This document shows, in pieces, positions 1 through 10,416 of a DNA stretch of 64,000 nt. This DNA is from an uncultured Pelagibacteraceae bacterium (lineage in GTDB: Bacteria; Pseudomonadota; Alphaproteobacteria; Pelagibacterales; Pelagibacteraceae): contig CACJPX010000005.1 in assembly GCA_902595405.1 (NCBI GenBank), forward strand, positions 14,452 through 78,451, in the 5' to 3' direction. Under the pieces are notes generated by a model. That model was not told the DNA's origin. It saw only the letters and a program-made list of their open reading frames with translations, and made no database searches. The position numbers were made by a program, and so were the translations under genes. Each line of letters opens with the position of its first letter. Within the stretch, counting starts at the first letter, position 1.

Positions 1-897
1 TTTGTATTACACCCAAATAATAAGATTTCACCTGTACAAAGAAGGTTAATGACAATACATGAGGAGAATAACGTGTTTAATATTGCAGTAGAGGGCAACT
101 TTGATGACTGTCAAAATCTAGTAAAAGCAATGTTCAATGACGAAAAATTTTCAAAAGCGATTAATATGTCAGGGGTAAATTCAATTAATTGGGCAAGAAT
201 TATTGCTCAATCGGTGTATTATTTTTACGCTTTCTTTAAAGTTGGAAATGGTCAGCCTTTATCCTTTTCTGTTCCAACAGGAAACTTTGGTGATATTTAT
301 GCTGGATACTTAGCAAAAAAATTAGGCCTTCCAATTGATAAGCTAATCGTAGCTACAAATAAAAATGACATACTTCATAGAGCCATATCAGGCGGCGACT
401 ATAGTCAAAAGAAAGTTGAGGAAACAAATACTCCAAGCATGGATATACAAATAGCAAGTAATTTTGAGAGGCTTTTATATGATGTAAAAGGTTGTAACTC
501 AGAAGTTACAAAAGGTGTAATGGCTGAAATAAAAAATAATACCTATAAAATTGATAAAAATGATTTAGATAAAATCAAAAAGAATTTTGTATCTGAGATG
601 CTTGATGAAAACGAAACTGTTGAAATGATAAAAACTATCAATGATGAACATCAGATGGTAGTTGATCCGCATACTGCAGTAGGTATTGGTGCTATTAGAA
701 AATTAGGGTTGGAAAAAAATTGCGTTGTATTATCAACTGCACATCCGTGTAAATTTCCAAAGGCAATAGAAGATGCAATATCAAAAACTGAAAATTTACC
801 AGAAAGTCTTAAATATGTTTATGACAGAAAAGAAAAATTTGAGCTTCTTTCAAATGATATTGAAAAAGTTAAAAAATATGTAATGAATTCGATATGA
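1..897 (+). CDS. thrC: Threonine synthase (5'-partial)
   Basis: Frame open from base 1; NSINWARI, VPTGNFGD, PSMDIQIASNFER and STAHPCKF motifs. Confidence 0.95.
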   Translation, partial: FVLHPNNKISPVQRRLMTIHEENNVFNIAVEGNFDDCQNLVKAMFNDEKFSKAINMSGVNSINWARIIAQSVYYFYAFFKVGNGQPLSFSVPTGNFGDIYAGYLAKKLGLPIDKLIVATNKNDILHRAISGGDYSQKKVEETNTPSMDIQIASNFERLLYDVKGCNSEVTKGVMAEIKNNTYKIDKNDLDKIKKNFVSEMLDENETVEMIKTINDEHQMVVDPHTAVGIGAIRKLGLEKNCVVLSTAHPCKFPKAIEDAISKTENLPESLKYVYDRKEKFELLSNDIEKVKKYVMNSI

Positions 898-1382
898 AAA
901 TTAAAATAAAAGATCAACTTCCAGATACAGAGATTTTTCAACTTATTGATGGAGAGCCTCAAAAAAGTAACTTAAGAGAAATCATAGGTAATGGAAAAAT
1001 TGTTTTGTTTGGTTTACCTGGAGCATTTACATCAACTTGCTCTAAACTTCACTTACCAGGTTTTGTAGCAAATGCAGATAAAATCAAAGCAAAAGGAATA
1101 GAAAATATATTTTGTTTATCAGTCAATGACCCTTATGTAATGAATGGCTGGGGAGAGATTAATAATACTGGAGATAAAATTAAAATGTTATCTGACCCAT
1201 ATTTAGTATTTACGAAAGCAATCGGTGCGGAAGTTGATAGAAATGCAAAAGGAATGGGAATTAGATCAAATCGTTATTTGATGGTTGTTGAAAATTTTAC
1301 AGTTATTAAAATTCATGAAGAAGAAGAGACTAAAGAATGCGGCTTAACTTCTGCAGAAAACTTATTGAACAGTCTACTATAA
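894..1382 (+). CDS. Peroxiredoxin (Prx5/Redoxin family)
   Basis: GLPGAFTSTCS peroxidatic motif, SVNDPYVM. Confidence 0.92.
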   Translation: MKIKIKDQLPDTEIFQLIDGEPQKSNLREIIGNGKIVLFGLPGAFTSTCSKLHLPGFVANADKIKAKGIENIFCLSVNDPYVMNGWGEINNTGDKIKMLSDPYLVFTKAIGAEVDRNAKGMGIRSNRYLMVVENFTVIKIHEEEETKECGLTSAENLLNSLL

Positions 1383-1799
1383 ATTTGCAGCATCTCTAGC
1401 AAGTAAATCCACCTCATTATTTAATTTATCTGTTGAATGCGCTTTTACCCAGTTCCAACTTATTTCAAATTCACTATTTAGTTGGTCCAATTCTGTCCAA
1501 AGTTCTTTATTACTCACCTCTTTTTTATTTGCAGTTTTCCATCCATTTTTTTTCCAATTGTGTATCCACTCTGTTATTCCAGACTTAACATATTTAGAGT
1601 CAGTGAAAATTTGAACTTTACTTCCTTTTGGAATCTTTTTAAGCGCCTCTATAGGCGCTAATAATTCCATTTGATTATTTGTAGTATCTTTTTTACTTCC
1701 TTTTATTTCAGTTTTTTTCCCCTCATCTAATATTATTGCTGCCCAGCCACCTTGACCCGGATTGTCAATGCATGAACCATCAGTGTATATTTTAATCAT
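1377..1799 (-). CDS. rnhA: Ribonuclease HI
   Basis: YTDGSC..NPG.GGW, TTNNQMEL, WVKAH. Confidence 0.96.
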   Translation of the reverse strand: MIKIYTDGSCIDNPGQGGWAAIILDEGKKTEIKGSKKDTTNNQMELLAPIEALKKIPKGSKVQIFTDSKYVKSGITEWIHNWKKNGWKTANKKEVSNKELWTELDQLNSEFEISWNWVKAHSTDKLNNEVDLLARDAANL

Positions 1800-2764
1800 T
1801 AATTCAAATAATCTTTATAAGTTCTTAAATTATTGTGTATTACAAGCTTTTGATAATATTCTCTTGGATCTTTTATCTTAATTAATGCTGTCTTAGGAGT
1901 ATTTGAATAGTCATAAAGTCTAGTCATAAAATATCTAATTGCAGCACCACGACATAAAATATTTAATGATTTACTTTCTTTAACTGAAATTTTCCTAATT
2001 TTTTCATAACCTTTTATTAAATTTTTGACTTTCTTTTTGTTCAACACAAACTTTGATTTTTTTTTATCAAAACATAGTGCATTCACACAAATTGCGATTT
2101 CATACATAAAATAGTCATTAGCTGCAAAATAAAAATCAATTACCCCTGACAATCTATTATTTTTAAAAAAGATATTATCGATAAACAAATCTCCATGAAT
2201 TACCCCGTTCGGTAAATTTTTAGGCCATTTCGTTTTAATATCTTTAAAATTATTCTTTAAAAATTTTTCTACATTAGTAAATTTTTTTGACTTAAATCTT
2301 ATACTTTTCAGTAATGGATTTAGATTTCTAACACCCATAGAGTTTTTTCTAGTAAGATTCATTTTTTTTGTAGATTGGTGCATTTCAGCAATCATTTTGC
2401 CAATGTCATAACAGTTTTTAAAATTAAGTGATTTTTTATCTTTTCCATTGAGAAAGGAAACTATGCATGCAGCTTTATTTTTTAAATTAATTAAATACCC
2501 ACCACCTTTTTTTGTTTGTGGCTTTGGGCAATTTATTTTTGATTTATTCAATTTATCCATCAAATTCATAAAAAAAGGCAATTCTTTTTTTGATACTCTT
2601 TTTTCGAAAATTGTTAGTATAAATTTTTTATTCTTTGATTTTAGTAAATAGTTTGTATTTTCAATTCCTTGTTTTATACCTTTAAATTCTAAAATTTTTT
2701 CTATATCAAATTTTCTATTAATATAAGAAATGTCTTTTTTACTTATTTTCGTATAAACAGCCAT
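1799..2764 (-). CDS. thrB: Homoserine kinase, type II
   Basis: MAVYT N-terminus, GIENTNY, IHGDLFIDN, IDFYFA, KDPREY. Confidence 0.93.
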   Translation of the reverse strand: MAVYTKISKKDISYINRKFDIEKILEFKGIKQGIENTNYLLKSKNKKFILTIFEKRVSKKELPFFMNLMDKLNKSKINCPKPQTKKGGGYLINLKNKAACIVSFLNGKDKKSLNFKNCYDIGKMIAEMHQSTKKMNLTRKNSMGVRNLNPLLKSIRFKSKKFTNVEKFLKNNFKDIKTKWPKNLPNGVIHGDLFIDNIFFKNNRLSGVIDFYFAANDYFMYEIAICVNALCFDKKKSKFVLNKKKVKNLIKGYEKIRKISVKESKSLNILCRGAAIRYFMTRLYDYSNTPKTALIKIKDPREYYQKLVIHNNLRTYKDYLN

Positions 2765-2765
2765 T

Positions 2766-3710
2766 TTAGTTTAATTTTTTTGGTGCTTTGAAAACAACAT
2801 TTTCTTTGATTATTTCTACTTCATCTATACTGACTGTAAATTTATTTTTAAGCTCATCTATAAAATTATTGACCAAAATTTCTGGTGCGGAAGCTCCAGA
2901 GGAAATTCCAATTATATTTGAGTTTTTGATTAAATCGAATGGTATTTCACTTTGTGAATGAATTAATAGCGAGTTAGAGCAGCCAGATTTTTTTGCGACC
3001 TCTACTAATCTAACTGAATTAGATGAATTTCTACTACCAATTACAAAAAATAAATCACATTTTTTTGCAATATTTTTTACAGCCAATTGTCTATTCGTTG
3101 TGGCGTAACAAATATCTTCTTTCATTGGTTCTTTTATATTAGGAAATCTATCTTTTAAGATTTGAATTATATCTTTTGTATCATCTACTGATAGCGTTGT
3201 TTGGGTTACATATGAAATTTTTTTGTTGTTGTGAGGTTTATATTTTTTGGCCTCATCCTCATTTTGAACAAGATCAATTGATCCTTCTGGTAATTGACCC
3301 ATGGTACCGATTACTTCAGGGTGATTTTGATGTCCTATCAAAATTAAATGATACCCAGCTTTATGTAAATTTTCCGCTTCTCTATGCACTTTGGATACCA
3401 ATGGACATGTAGCATCTATATAAGTCATGTTATAGTTTTTAGCATCTTCTGGTATTTTTTTTGGAACACCATGTGCAGAAAAAATAACTGGTCTTGATCT
3501 ATCTTCTATTTCCTCGAGTTCCTCAACAAAGATCGCACCTTTACTTTTTAAATCGTCGACTACATATTTATTATGCACAATTTCATGGCGAACATATACT
3601 GGAGCACCAAATTTTTTGATTGATTTTTCTACAATTTCTATAGCTCTCTCAACACCTGCACAAAAACCTCTTGGTGCAGAAAGTAATATTTTCAAATGTT
3701 TATTTTTCAT
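2766..3710 (-). CDS. ispH: 4-hydroxy-3-methylbut-2-enyl diphosphate reductase
   Basis: PRGFCAGVERA, DATCPLV, ICYATTNRQ, SSNS; ATG at 3710 preferred. Confidence 0.97.
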   Translation of the reverse strand: MKNKHLKILLSAPRGFCAGVERAIEIVEKSIKKFGAPVYVRHEIVHNKYVVDDLKSKGAIFVEELEEIEDRSRPVIFSAHGVPKKIPEDAKNYNMTYIDATCPLVSKVHREAENLHKAGYHLILIGHQNHPEVIGTMGQLPEGSIDLVQNEDEAKKYKPHNNKKISYVTQTTLSVDDTKDIIQILKDRFPNIKEPMKEDICYATTNRQLAVKNIAKKCDLFFVIGSRNSSNSVRLVEVAKKSGCSNSLLIHSQSEIPFDLIKNSNIIGISSGASAPEILVNNFIDELKNKFTVSIDEVEIIKENVVFKAPKKLN

Positions 3711-4635
3711 TTTTTTCAATCAAATACTCAAGCAATATATGTGGAAAGGTCAAAGACGCCAAACCTATAAATATAATTTTAAGAATTGAACTTTCTAAAT
3801 TGTAAGTATTATTTAGTAAATAAAGGCCAATTGCACAAAAAATAGCTGTAATAATTGTTAGTGGCAAAGCCTTTTTTATAAAGATTTTAAATCCATTACC
3901 AAGGTCATCCCTGTCTAATTCAGAGATTAATGAGATACTATGTCTTACAGAGTGTAAAAAGCAGAAATAAATTGTAAAAGCTACTAATGGAGAAAAATAA
4001 TAATTTATTATTATAATTGAAAAATAATCTAAAAATATTGTGAATTTCTTTAGCTCAAAATTTTTTGTAAATAGTAGAATGTTTGCTAAAGTTGATAGAA
4101 TAATACAATATAATAATATCTTTTTCGACTCTATTAAATCTAAAAAATTATAGAAATTTTCATTTTCAATAAATAGTAATTTGAATATTGATATCGTCTC
4201 ATTGAAATGGAAATACATTGGTGCAAAAACTATTAAAGAACCTTTTAACAAAAATAAAAATTGATTATAATAAGAGTTTTCAACTATTAAAAACTGAGTA
4301 TCTTCTTTTCCAAAATGATATGAGGCAACCGTTAAAAAAATGATTAAAGAAACATATGGTATGAGTATCCACAAAATGATAACTATGATAGCTATTAAAA
4401 TATATGCTAAGTAAAAAATATAAAATTTTTTAATTTCAAAAATTTGAAAAAGTTTTCTCCCTTTTACATCGTCAAGTGATCCATGAGATATACCGATACT
4501 TAAAATAAATAACAAACAAATAAATGGTGAAATTGAAAAAGTGTTAAAATTAAAAGCTATCAATGAAAAAATATTACAAACTAAAAAAAAAATAAAAGAA
4601 TGATTGAAATTTATTTTTTTTGATCTGTTATTCAT
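3700..4635 (-). CDS. blh: Beta-carotene 15,15'-dioxygenase (Brp/Blh)
   Basis: Membrane protein with GISHGSLD, YHFG, LHSVRH, LTFPH histidine motifs; downstream of crt genes. Confidence 0.92.
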   Translation of the reverse strand: MNNRSKKINFNHSFIFFLVCNIFSLIAFNFNTFSISPFICLLFILSIGISHGSLDDVKGRKLFQIFEIKKFYIFYLAYILIAIIVIILWILIPYVSLIIFLTVASYHFGKEDTQFLIVENSYYNQFLFLLKGSLIVFAPMYFHFNETISIFKLLFIENENFYNFLDLIESKKILLYCIILSTLANILLFTKNFELKKFTIFLDYFSIIIINYYFSPLVAFTIYFCFLHSVRHSISLISELDRDDLGNGFKIFIKKALPLTIITAIFCAIGLYLLNNTYNLESSILKIIFIGLASLTFPHILLEYLIEKNEK

Positions 4636-4647
4636 TTTAAAATTCTA

Positions 4648-5715
4648 CTAATAAAATAATGCTTTTATAAAAGTCAATTTAGGCATTCTTAAAATAATAC
4701 ACAAATCCTCGAAAAAATTACTTTTATTGGACAAAAATTTTATAACAGTCTTTGGTGAAGTCTTAAACATTTTAAAGAATATATCAGACATTTTTTCTGG
4801 ATGTTTTTCAAGAACTCTTAAAAATATTTCATCTAAAAACTGATATTTAGTGCTTATTTTATATTTTTTAACATTAGCAATATTTTCAATATTTTCTCTA
4901 ATATATTTACTATGTTCTTGAATATTTAGAAAAGTATAACCTGTACTTAATCTAGTCATACCACCAGCAGTTCCAATATTTATTTTATTTTTTTCATTCT
5001 TATCGATTGGGTAAAATAAAGGTATCGCACCTTCCTCTTTATAAATTATCTTGTAATCTTTCAAATTTAGATGATTTTCAATATAATCTTTTATCTGTTT
5101 GTCATAATCTTTTTGAGAATTGTCATTAATTTTAGACAACCAAGTGGTTTCGACTAAAGCAGTATTTTTTGAGTAGGGTAAGGTATAAAAAAAATGAACA
5201 CTTTCTCTTTGATCACAATCAAAATCCATAAGGTTAAAAATTTCATCATCAAAAAAATTATTTTTAGTTTCGATTTCCACTCCACAAAAATGTTGCCAAA
5301 GATTTCGATAATCTTTTTTAATGAATGGTACGCTATTAAAAATAAAAGAATTTTTTAAACTAATTTCACTGACATCTTTAAAGTAGGAAATATTTTTATT
5401 TTCATTTAGTTTGTTATTAATTTTTTCATAGAATAAACCACTGTCAATACTTTGATATGGAAAACTTTTACACTGCAAATAGTTAGTTTTTTTTGGAATA
5501 TTAATTGAAAAATTTTCCCAATTTTTTTTTACACAATCATCAAAGTTGTGAGATGTTACTTTCCAAAAAGACCAAGTTTTGTCTCTTTTGTATTCATCTC
5601 TTGGCTCTATGATTGCCAAAGTTTTATCTTTAAGCTTTTCATGAATTTCCAATTCATACGCTAAAGATAAACCAGCACAGCCCCCACCAATAATGACATA
5701 GTCAAATTCTTTCAT
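4648..5715 (-). CDS. crtY: Lycopene beta-cyclase
   Basis: GGGCAGLSLA FAD motif, DKTWSFW, LMDF, GTAGG..R.STGY. Confidence 0.9.
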   Translation of the reverse strand: MKEFDYVIIGGGCAGLSLAYELEIHEKLKDKTLAIIEPRDEYKRDKTWSFWKVTSHNFDDCVKKNWENFSINIPKKTNYLQCKSFPYQSIDSGLFYEKINNKLNENKNISYFKDVSEISLKNSFIFNSVPFIKKDYRNLWQHFCGVEIETKNNFFDDEIFNLMDFDCDQRESVHFFYTLPYSKNTALVETTWLSKINDNSQKDYDKQIKDYIENHLNLKDYKIIYKEEGAIPLFYPIDKNEKNKINIGTAGGMTRLSTGYTFLNIQEHSKYIRENIENIANVKKYKISTKYQFLDEIFLRVLEKHPEKMSDIFFKMFKTSPKTVIKFLSNKSNFFEDLCIILRMPKLTFIKALFY

Positions 5716-6556
5716 CTAGATTTATTTCCTCATTAATTAAAAAATGATCATGTTGAATCTGACCTTCCTTAATGCTAGTTAGAGATAACCTTATAAGATC
5801 AAAAATTGCAAAAATAGTCTCTATACTCTTTTCAATATTGGATACATAAATTTTTCCAGAATTTTTATAATTTTCAAACGTTTTTTTATTTAGAATATTA
5901 TAGCCTATTTTTCGGTAGATCCTTCTTGCGACCAAAATTGAAAATCTAAAACTTATTGGAATGTCTTTTATAGAATAAAAGGAATTCTTATAAAAGGTAT
6001 CTGCAAGATCTATAGTCGATGTAATTTCCTCAAAATTTTTATTTATATAAAATCTATTTATTTTTGAATCCTCAATTACATCTCTTGATATATTTGTAAG
6101 TTGCATTGCGATACCGAGATCAATAGCTGACTTAAGTGAGCTTTTTTTATTAACTTTTAAAATTTTTGCCATCATTAAACCAACAGTTCCAGCAACTCTG
6201 TAAGAATAAATTAAAAGGTCTTTTTTCGAATTTAATATTACCTTATCTTTTATGTCTGAATTTATACCATCTAATAGATCTTCGATAATTTTTACTGAAA
6301 TTTTAAATTCATCAATAAGGTCCCACATATTTTTAACAATTTGATTATCAAAATTCTTTTGAACAAAATCTTTTTTAAATTGCTTGAATTTAATTTCTTT
6401 GACTTCTAATTTTTCTTCATCGTCTGCGATATTGTCGGCAACTCTACAAAAATCATACAACGCAGAGCATTTTTTATATGTTTTTTTAGGTAAAAAAAAA
6501 CCCGCCCAATTAAAAGATTTTGCATAAACTGATAAGTAATTTTTATCAGACATCAT
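5702..6556 (-). CDS. crtB: Phytoene synthase
   Basis: YDFCRVADNIADD, YRVAGTVG, MQLTNISRDV. Confidence 0.93.
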   Translation of the reverse strand: MMSDKNYLSVYAKSFNWAGFFLPKKTYKKCSALYDFCRVADNIADDEEKLEVKEIKFKQFKKDFVQKNFDNQIVKNMWDLIDEFKISVKIIEDLLDGINSDIKDKVILNSKKDLLIYSYRVAGTVGLMMAKILKVNKKSSLKSAIDLGIAMQLTNISRDVIEDSKINRFYINKNFEEITSTIDLADTFYKNSFYSIKDIPISFRFSILVARRIYRKIGYNILNKKTFENYKNSGKIYVSNIEKSIETIFAIFDLIRLSLTSIKEGQIQHDHFLINEEINLDERI

Positions 6557-8013
6557 AAAATCTTTTCTAATACCTTTGCTGATGAAAGCACTCCAGGTAC
6601 ACCTGCTCCAGGATGGGTTCCTGCACCAACAAAATAAAGTCCTTTGTATATCTCAGACTTATTGTGAAATCTAAAATATGCAGATTGAGAAAATTTTGGT
6701 TGGATTGAAAAACCTGAACCATATTTTGTATTTAAATCTTTTTCAAAGTAATCAGGGGTTAAATAAAAATCTTCTACAATATTGTTTTTGAGATCTGGCA
6801 TTAAATCATTTTGCATTTTATCAATAACCAAATTTTTCATTTTTTCTCCCTCAACAGACCAATCAATTTTTGATTGATTATTTGGCACTGGGACTAAAAC
6901 ATAAAAGCAATCGTTACCTTCGGGAGCCATAGTTTTATCGGTTGCAGAGGGTCTGTGAAGATAATAACTAATATCGTCATTCAATTTTTTGTTATTGAAA
7001 ATGTCATCTAAATGTTCTTTATATTTATTTCCAAACTTAATAGTATGATGCTCAACATTATCGTATTTTTTTTTGGTACCAAAGTAATAGACAAATAATC
7101 CCATTGAATATTCCATTCGGTTTTTTTTCCATCTAAAAAGAAATGAATTACTTGTATTCCCATTTAACATTTTCTCATAAACAGCAGGAGGATCAGCATT
7201 ACAAATTACATTGCTAGTCTCTATTAATGTTTGATCATCTAATTGGATACTGGTAATTTTTTTTTTGTTTGAAATAATTTTGGTTACTTCGTGACCTTTA
7301 ATTATTTTAATCCCAACTTCATCCATTAATTTTTCAAAACCCTTGATTATATTTCCTGTCCCACCCATTGAGTAATGAATACCCCATTTTTTTTCTAGGT
7401 ATAAGATTAATCCATAAATTGAGGTTGTAGTAAAAGGATTTCCCCCAACTAATAATGGGTGCATACTAAGCATTCTCCTTAATTTTTCATTTTCAATATA
7501 TGAGGAGACTAAGGAATAAACAGATTTATAACTTTTTAGTTTTAATAGTGCTGGCAATTGCTGCATCATTACAAATGGTTTATCAAAGGGTACATCAGCA
7601 AGCTCCGTGAAACCTTTATCAAAAATTTTTTTTGTAAAATCGACTAATTTTTCATAACCCTTAACATCTTTTTCATTTATCTCTTTTATTTGTTTTTTCA
7701 TCTCTAGCTCATCCCCAGAGTAATTAAATTTTGATTTATCTTCGAAAATGAATTGATACCAAACTTTTAGTGGAGTGAGTTTTATATAATCTTCTGGTTT
7801 TTTTTGAAATAATTCAAATAATTCATTTATCAAATATGGAGCAGTTATCACTGTTGGTCCACCATCATAAATGAAGCCATTTTTTTGAAATACTCTAGCC
7901 CTTCCCCCAAGATCTCGATGTTTTTCGATTAAAGTAACTTTATGTCCTTTAGCTTTAAGACGTAAAGCTGCAGCTATCCCTCCAAATCCTGAACCTATAA
8001 CAATGGAATTCAT
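6553..8013 (-). CDS. crtI: Phytoene desaturase
   Basis: GSGFGG, DGGPTVITAP, GAGTHPGAGVPGV. Confidence 0.95.
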   Translation of the reverse strand: MNSIVIGSGFGGIAAALRLKAKGHKVTLIEKHRDLGGRARVFQKNGFIYDGGPTVITAPYLINELFELFQKKPEDYIKLTPLKVWYQFIFEDKSKFNYSGDELEMKKQIKEINEKDVKGYEKLVDFTKKIFDKGFTELADVPFDKPFVMMQQLPALLKLKSYKSVYSLVSSYIENEKLRRMLSMHPLLVGGNPFTTTSIYGLILYLEKKWGIHYSMGGTGNIIKGFEKLMDEVGIKIIKGHEVTKIISNKKKITSIQLDDQTLIETSNVICNADPPAVYEKMLNGNTSNSFLFRWKKNRMEYSMGLFVYYFGTKKKYDNVEHHTIKFGNKYKEHLDDIFNNKKLNDDISYYLHRPSATDKTMAPEGNDCFYVLVPVPNNQSKIDWSVEGEKMKNLVIDKMQNDLMPDLKNNIVEDFYLTPDYFEKDLNTKYGSGFSIQPKFSQSAYFRFHNKSEIYKGLYFVGAGTHPGAGVPGVLSSAKVLEKIL

Positions 8014-8053
8014 CTATATAATTTATAGTTTTTTTTGTAAAATTGTAAGAGTA

Positions 8054-8551
8054 TTATGAGTTGATTTTTTTTAACTCTTCTTTTGTTTCATCTAAATTTT
8101 TTTGAAACAAGTTATCAAGCTTGGACTTATCAACCGATGTTGTAATTATCTTTTTAACCGAGTCAACCGCAACTTTAATTGAAGCATCTTTTATTTCTTT
8201 TATTGCCGCGTCTTTCATTTGATTGATCTTATTTTCTGTTGAATTTTTTTTAATTTCTGAAGATTTATGAAATTTATCGTTTAATTCAATTATAAGATTA
8301 TCACTGTCTTTTTTCGCTTGTGCTAATATTTCCTTACTAACTGATTGAGCTGTATCGAGTTTTTTTTGAGCATTATCTAGTAAAGTTTTAGCTTCTGTTC
8401 TAAGCTTTTCACTTTCATCAATCTCATTTTTGATATCTGAAATTAATTTGTTTAGTATTTCATTTATTTTTTGTGGAACCTTAAGATATATTAAGCCTCC
8501 AAAGAAAATAATAAACGATACAGCTACCCAAAATGTTGCATCAATTGCCAT
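8054..8551 (-). CDS. atpF: F0F1 ATP synthase subunit b
   Basis: DATFWVAVSF TM followed by coiled coil; start MAIDA at 8551. Confidence 0.9.
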   Translation of the reverse strand: MAIDATFWVAVSFIIFFGGLIYLKVPQKINEILNKLISDIKNEIDESEKLRTEAKTLLDNAQKKLDTAQSVSKEILAQAKKDSDNLIIELNDKFHKSSEIKKNSTENKINQMKDAAIKEIKDASIKVAVDSVKKIITTSVDKSKLDNLFQKNLDETKEELKKINS

Positions 8552-9131
8552 AATATTTATCCCCGTTTCTTTTAGATAAATCATCAACGATTGCAGAAAT
8601 ACTACTATTATTAACTTCCGTACCGATTAATTTCACTAGTAACTCTGAAGTAGTTTCGATTGCAATTTTATTAATTTTCTCTGAAGCACCTTTTCTTAGT
8701 AAATTTATCTCTTGCTCAACTTTCTTGATTTCCTCATCAATTTGTTTATCTAAAGTTTCCTTTTTTGTATTTATTTCTTTGAGCACATTTTCTCTAGCTT
8801 CTTTAAAAATGTTATTAGCTTCCAATTTACTTTTTGAAATAATATCATCGTACTCTTTAAGCTTGGCTTCACTACTTTCTCTCTGTTTTTCTGCTGCCTC
8901 AATATTTTCTTGTATTTGTGATTTTCTTAATTCAAGGTTTGCACTTATCTTAGGTAGTATTAGTTTAGATAATACAATGTACAGAATACCAAAAGTAAGT
9001 GTTAACCAAAAAATTTGTGAAATCCAAAATTCTGGATTTAATTGAGGCATACCTCCACTTTCAGCTGCAAAAACCTCTTTTAAAAAAAAGAGATTGAAAA
9101 ATATTAACTGAAAAAATATTTTTTTAACCAT
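8541..9131 (-). CDS. F0F1 ATP synthase subunit b'
   Basis: GMPQLNPEFWISQIFWL typical of alphaproteobacterial b'. Confidence 0.9.
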   Translation of the reverse strand: MVKKIFFQLIFFNLFFLKEVFAAESGGMPQLNPEFWISQIFWLTLTFGILYIVLSKLILPKISANLELRKSQIQENIEAAEKQRESSEAKLKEYDDIISKSKLEANNIFKEARENVLKEINTKKETLDKQIDEEIKKVEQEINLLRKGASEKINKIAIETTSELLVKLIGTEVNNSSISAIVDDLSKRNGDKYYGN

Positions 9132-9135
9132 CTAT

Positions 9136-9363
9136 TTAAAATGCAAAAAGAATGATTAACGCTACAACCAATCCAAACAACCCAGTTGCTTCTGCTAGGG
9201 CAAACCCTAAAAGCAAATTAGGAAACTGTTTCTGAGCCGCGGATGGGTTTCTCATCGCACCTGATAGGTAATTACCAAAAATTATACCTATACCAACACC
9301 GGCACCAGCTAGGGCAATAGCCGCTAAACCTGCTCCGATCATTTTTGCTGCTTCTAATTCCAT
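9136..9363 (-). CDS. atpE: ATP synthase subunit c
   Basis: GAGVGIG, RNP, ALAEAT. Confidence 0.98.
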   Translation of the reverse strand: MELEAAKMIGAGLAAIALAGAGVGIGIIFGNYLSGAMRNPSAAQKQFPNLLLGFALAEATGLFGLVVALIILFAF

Positions 9364-9381
9364 TATATCCTCCTCTGTTAA

Positions 9382-10116
9382 TTAATGGTGTAAGTTTAAT
9401 GCATCATTCAAATAGATGCAGGTTAAAATTGCAAAAACATATGCTTGAAGAAAAGCAACTAATATCTCCAGGCCAGTTAAAGCAACCGAAAAACTCAGTG
9501 GAAGCCATCCACCGACTACCCCAAGGCTTATTACAAAGCCTCCGAATACTTTCATCATTGTGTGACCCGCCATCATGTTAGCAAAGAGTCTGACGGATAA
9601 ACTAATAGGTCTACTTAAATATGAGATAATCTCAATAACTACAATTAATGGTAATAGCACTATAGGAACCCCACTCGGTACAAATAATTTTAGGTAGCCC
9701 AAACCGTGTTTTATAAAACCAATTATTGTTACACCGATAAAAATAAAAGCCGCTAACACAAAAGTAACAATAATATGACTTGTGACTGTAAAGGTGTAAG
9801 GAATCATGCCAAACATGTTACAAAAAAGGACAAACATAAATAAAGAGAATATAAAAGAAAAATAAGGCTTAGCTTTAGAGCCTGCCGTATCACTAATCAT
9901 TTTTGAAACAAATGTATAACTTAATTCAGCTAACAACTGAATTTTGTTTGGTAGCAATGAATTTTTTTTTGATCCGAGATTAAATATAATCAAAATAGCT
10001 AGCGAACTTATGACCATAAACAAACTAGCGTTTGTAAATGAAATATCAAAAGCACCTACTTTAATTTCAGGACCAATTCTATAGACTTCGAATTGTGTCA
10101 TTGGATTTGCAGCCAT
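9382..10116 (-). CDS. atpB: ATP synthase subunit a
   Basis: SRPISLSVRLFANMMAGH, LQAYVF. Confidence 0.98.
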   Translation of the reverse strand: MAANPMTQFEVYRIGPEIKVGAFDISFTNASLFMVISSLAILIIFNLGSKKNSLLPNKIQLLAELSYTFVSKMISDTAGSKAKPYFSFIFSLFMFVLFCNMFGMIPYTFTVTSHIIVTFVLAAFIFIGVTIIGFIKHGLGYLKLFVPSGVPIVLLPLIVVIEIISYLSRPISLSVRLFANMMAGHTMMKVFGGFVISLGVVGGWLPLSFSVALTGLEILVAFLQAYVFAILTCIYLNDALNLHH

Positions 10117-10128
10117 ATATTTTTCGAT

Positions 10129-10401
10129 CTATTTTTGCATTTTCTTTGCAGATTTAATTACATTCATTATTCCTGCGATTACACCTACAAAAAAAAATAT
10201 TAAAATTAACCAAGGTTTAGTACCAAAGGTCTTGTCTAAAATAAACCCAATAATTGTCCCTACAACTACTGCAGAAACTAGCTCAGTGCTTAGTTTAAAA
10301 GCATTACCAATTGGAGAGGGGTTATTTTTTTTCTTATTTTCTTTATCAAAAACCTTTTTTTTTGCAATTTCTAAGCGAGTTTTAAATGGATCTTTGGACA
10401 T
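10129..10401 (-). CDS. atpI: AtpZ/AtpI family protein
   Basis: Two TM helices, LDKTFGTKPW; first gene of the F0 cluster. Confidence 0.85.
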   Translation of the reverse strand: MSKDPFKTRLEIAKKKVFDKENKKKNNPSPIGNAFKLSTELVSAVVVGTIIGFILDKTFGTKPWLILIFFFVGVIAGIMNVIKSAKKMQK

Positions 10402-10416
10402 TTGAAATCAGCTTAA

